A model generated the notes under the pieces. That model was not told where the DNA came from, searched no databases, and was given only the letters and a program-made list of their open reading frames with translations. Made by a program: the position numbers and the translations under genes. Shown piece after piece: positions 62,410 to 64,000 of a stretch of 64,000 bases of DNA. This stretch comes from Candidatus Latescibacterota bacterium (GTDB lineage Bacteria > Latescibacterota > UBA2968). Positions within the stretch are counted from its first letter, which is position 1. Every line of letters begins with the position of its first letter. The stretch is taken from positions 5,888,001 through 5,952,000 of the forward strand of contig OZ240241.1 in assembly GCA_965198115.1 (NCBI GenBank), written 5' to 3'.

Positions 62410-64000
62410 CTACAAATCGCGCGTCTCTTCATCCACTGGCAGCGTGTCCTGTGGTTTTTCAGGCCATCCGAAGGACTCAAACGTTTCAACATCTTTACCG
62501 AGCGGGAAGAACAACTCCCCCAACACTCCTTCGCTATACCCCAAGTTTTCAGACTTCGAACTCTTGAAACAGTAGGCATACCCGCCGCTCGGCCCGATGA
62601 CGATTCGCCCCGTTGATTTCAGTTCCTCCGAGTCCTTGATGTGAATCACAACGAAACGGTCCCGTTCGATCCACACGCTGTCCACGATATCGCCCAGCCG
62701 CGCGTAGATATGGTTGATGCACTGCAAGGCGTGCCAGCAGGCGCTTGCCGCCTCCTGCCTGTGTTCCACCGCGACCCGGGTGATCTTCATCGCCAGAGTC
62801 GCAACCGCGCCGTAGCTCTTGACGATCTCTTGCGGGTTGCACGCCGACACCTCCCAAGTCTTCGTTGAAGGACTCATCGGGGCCGATGGGTCATCGAACA
62901 TTTCTTCGAATGACTTGTACGTACGTCCGCTTCCCCGGTGAACCACGGGTATGACAAACTCGTCCCGTCCGCGCTCGTCGTTCCAATCGCGTTCGTCAAG
63001 AGCAATCTCCTTTGCGACCGCATCTTCGTCGTCCGCGTCGCTCCTCTCCTCGGACCCTTGCTCCAACTCCAGAACCGGGTGTTCAGACCCGGTATCTTCG
63101 CGTCTTTCGGCGCGGCGCAGATCCCCAATTCCTCGGCCGTCCGTCTCGAGATCCTCCGTGGCAACCTTTTCTTCGACCCGTTCCCGCCGCTTGATGTCCG
63201 ACGAAACCACCTGGCCGTCGGAGTTTCGGGTTTCCAAACGCGTTTCCTCTCGTTCCTCCTTGCGCTCCTTGACTGTCGCCCGCCTGTAGCGCTCCGTCGC
63301 GGACCTCTTGACCGGTCGCGGCAACAGGGCGCCGTCCTCTCCGACGGTCTCCGCCGGCGCGGGCGACGGCCGTATCAAGCCGCCTTCCGTCTGCGTCAAC
63401 GCGTCGCGCATCATGCCCGAGATCTTCAGCAGCACCGTTTCCTCGGTGGCCCCTCCGTTCAGCACCACGAACCGGTACTCTCGCTGTGCCGCGTGCGTCA
63501 TGGGCTTGGCGAACAAACATGCCGCCATCCGCCTCACTTCATCCTCTTCCCCGGTCAGCATGTCGTACAGTCGGTCGGTGTAGACGACCGGCCCATGAAT
63601 GATCCACTGGTTCCTGTGCTTCGTTCGCGCCCCCGCCGCCCCGTTGCTTGTCCCGGTTAACCATGCATCCTTTTCGCGCGGACCGATCTGCTCTGTCACC
63701 ATTCTCGCCAGAGCTTGGGCGAACTTCGCCGGCTGCCCGATCTCCGACACGTGATCGTAGTCTTCATCCAGCGAGGCTCTCCATGCATCCCACTCGGCTT
63801 CATCCGGTCTGATCGACGCGCAGAAAATCCACCAGTCCTTGCCATAGGAAAAGCTTTCTGTTCGCGTCTTTCTCCTGCTGTGCTCGACCCGGTGCACGGG
63901 CTTCATTACCGATCCCACGAGCTGAAGGGCATCGTTGAGGTCCGTGGTCGCACGTCGCTTCGCCGCCTCTTGCGGCGTCTCCGCTTCCACCGCCACGTCC
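62410..64000 (-). CDS. Hypothetical protein, start beyond the window edge
   Basis: 528-aa open frame; WWIFCAS, HGPVVY, LFAKP...QREYRF, then a charged low-complexity linker. Confidence 0.7.
   Translation of the reverse strand, partial: DVAVEAETPQEAAKRRATTDLNDALQLVGSVMKPVHRVEHSRRKTRTESFSYGKDWWIFCASIRPDEAEWDAWRASLDEDYDHVSEIGQPAKFAQALARMVTEQIGPREKDAWLTGTSNGAAGARTKHRNQWIIHGPVVYTDRLYDMLTGEEDEVRRMAACLFAKPMTHAAQREYRFVVLNGGATEETVLLKISGMMRDALTQTEGGLIRPSPAPAETVGEDGALLPRPVKRSATERYRRATVKERKEEREETRLETRNSDGQVVSSDIKRRERVEEKVATEDLETDGRGIGDLRRAERREDTGSEHPVLELEQGSEERSDADDEDAVAKEIALDERDWNDERGRDEFVIPVVHRGSGRTYKSFEEMFDDPSAPMSPSTKTWEVSACNPQEIVKSYGAVATLAMKITRVAVEHRQEAASACWHALQCINHIYARLGDIVDSVWIERDRFVVIHIKDSEELKSTGRIVIGPSGGYAYCFKSSKSENLGYSEGVLGELFFPLGKDVETFESFGWPEKPQDTLPVDEETRDL

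Noticed and set aside
1-64000. CRISPR array or cas genes
   Set aside because: No regularly spaced direct repeats and no Cas motifs seen.

Overview
GC-rich bacterial chromosome segment. Gene content (many PhyH/TauD dioxygenases, a DUF6785-like transporter, a sulfatase, an ankyrin protein, a large secreted protein) suggests a marine or host-associated Latescibacterota-like lineage; this is inference only. The window has three parts. (1) 1-2660 is the end of a decayed island that stops at a tRNA-Val(TAC) 3'-half att site. (2) About 2.7-57.7 kb holds catabolic and housekeeping genes heavily invaded by IS elements: IS630 x2, IS200/IS605 tnpA, IS256 x3, ISAzo13, ISL3 and IS1380, including a triple nest IS630>IS200>IS256 and ISL3 inside the ISAzo13 terminal repeat. 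(3) About 57.85-64 kb is a second decayed island bounded by a tRNA/tmRNA-type 3' end (CGCCTCCACCA) and arm-type repeats. Best leads: a tandem pair of promoter/hairpin/U-tract units with anti-SD and SD loops (29381-29582), a UGA/SECIS deiodinase-like selenoprotein, an H-x-G Fe/2OG enzyme (halogenase candidate), a REP-like palindrome family found inside a tRNA T-arm and beside a GIY-YIG gene, and egtD embedded in a betaine-type ABC transporter operon. Many frameshifts fall in homopolymers and may be sequencing errors. All family calls are from motif recognition by eye, not database searches.
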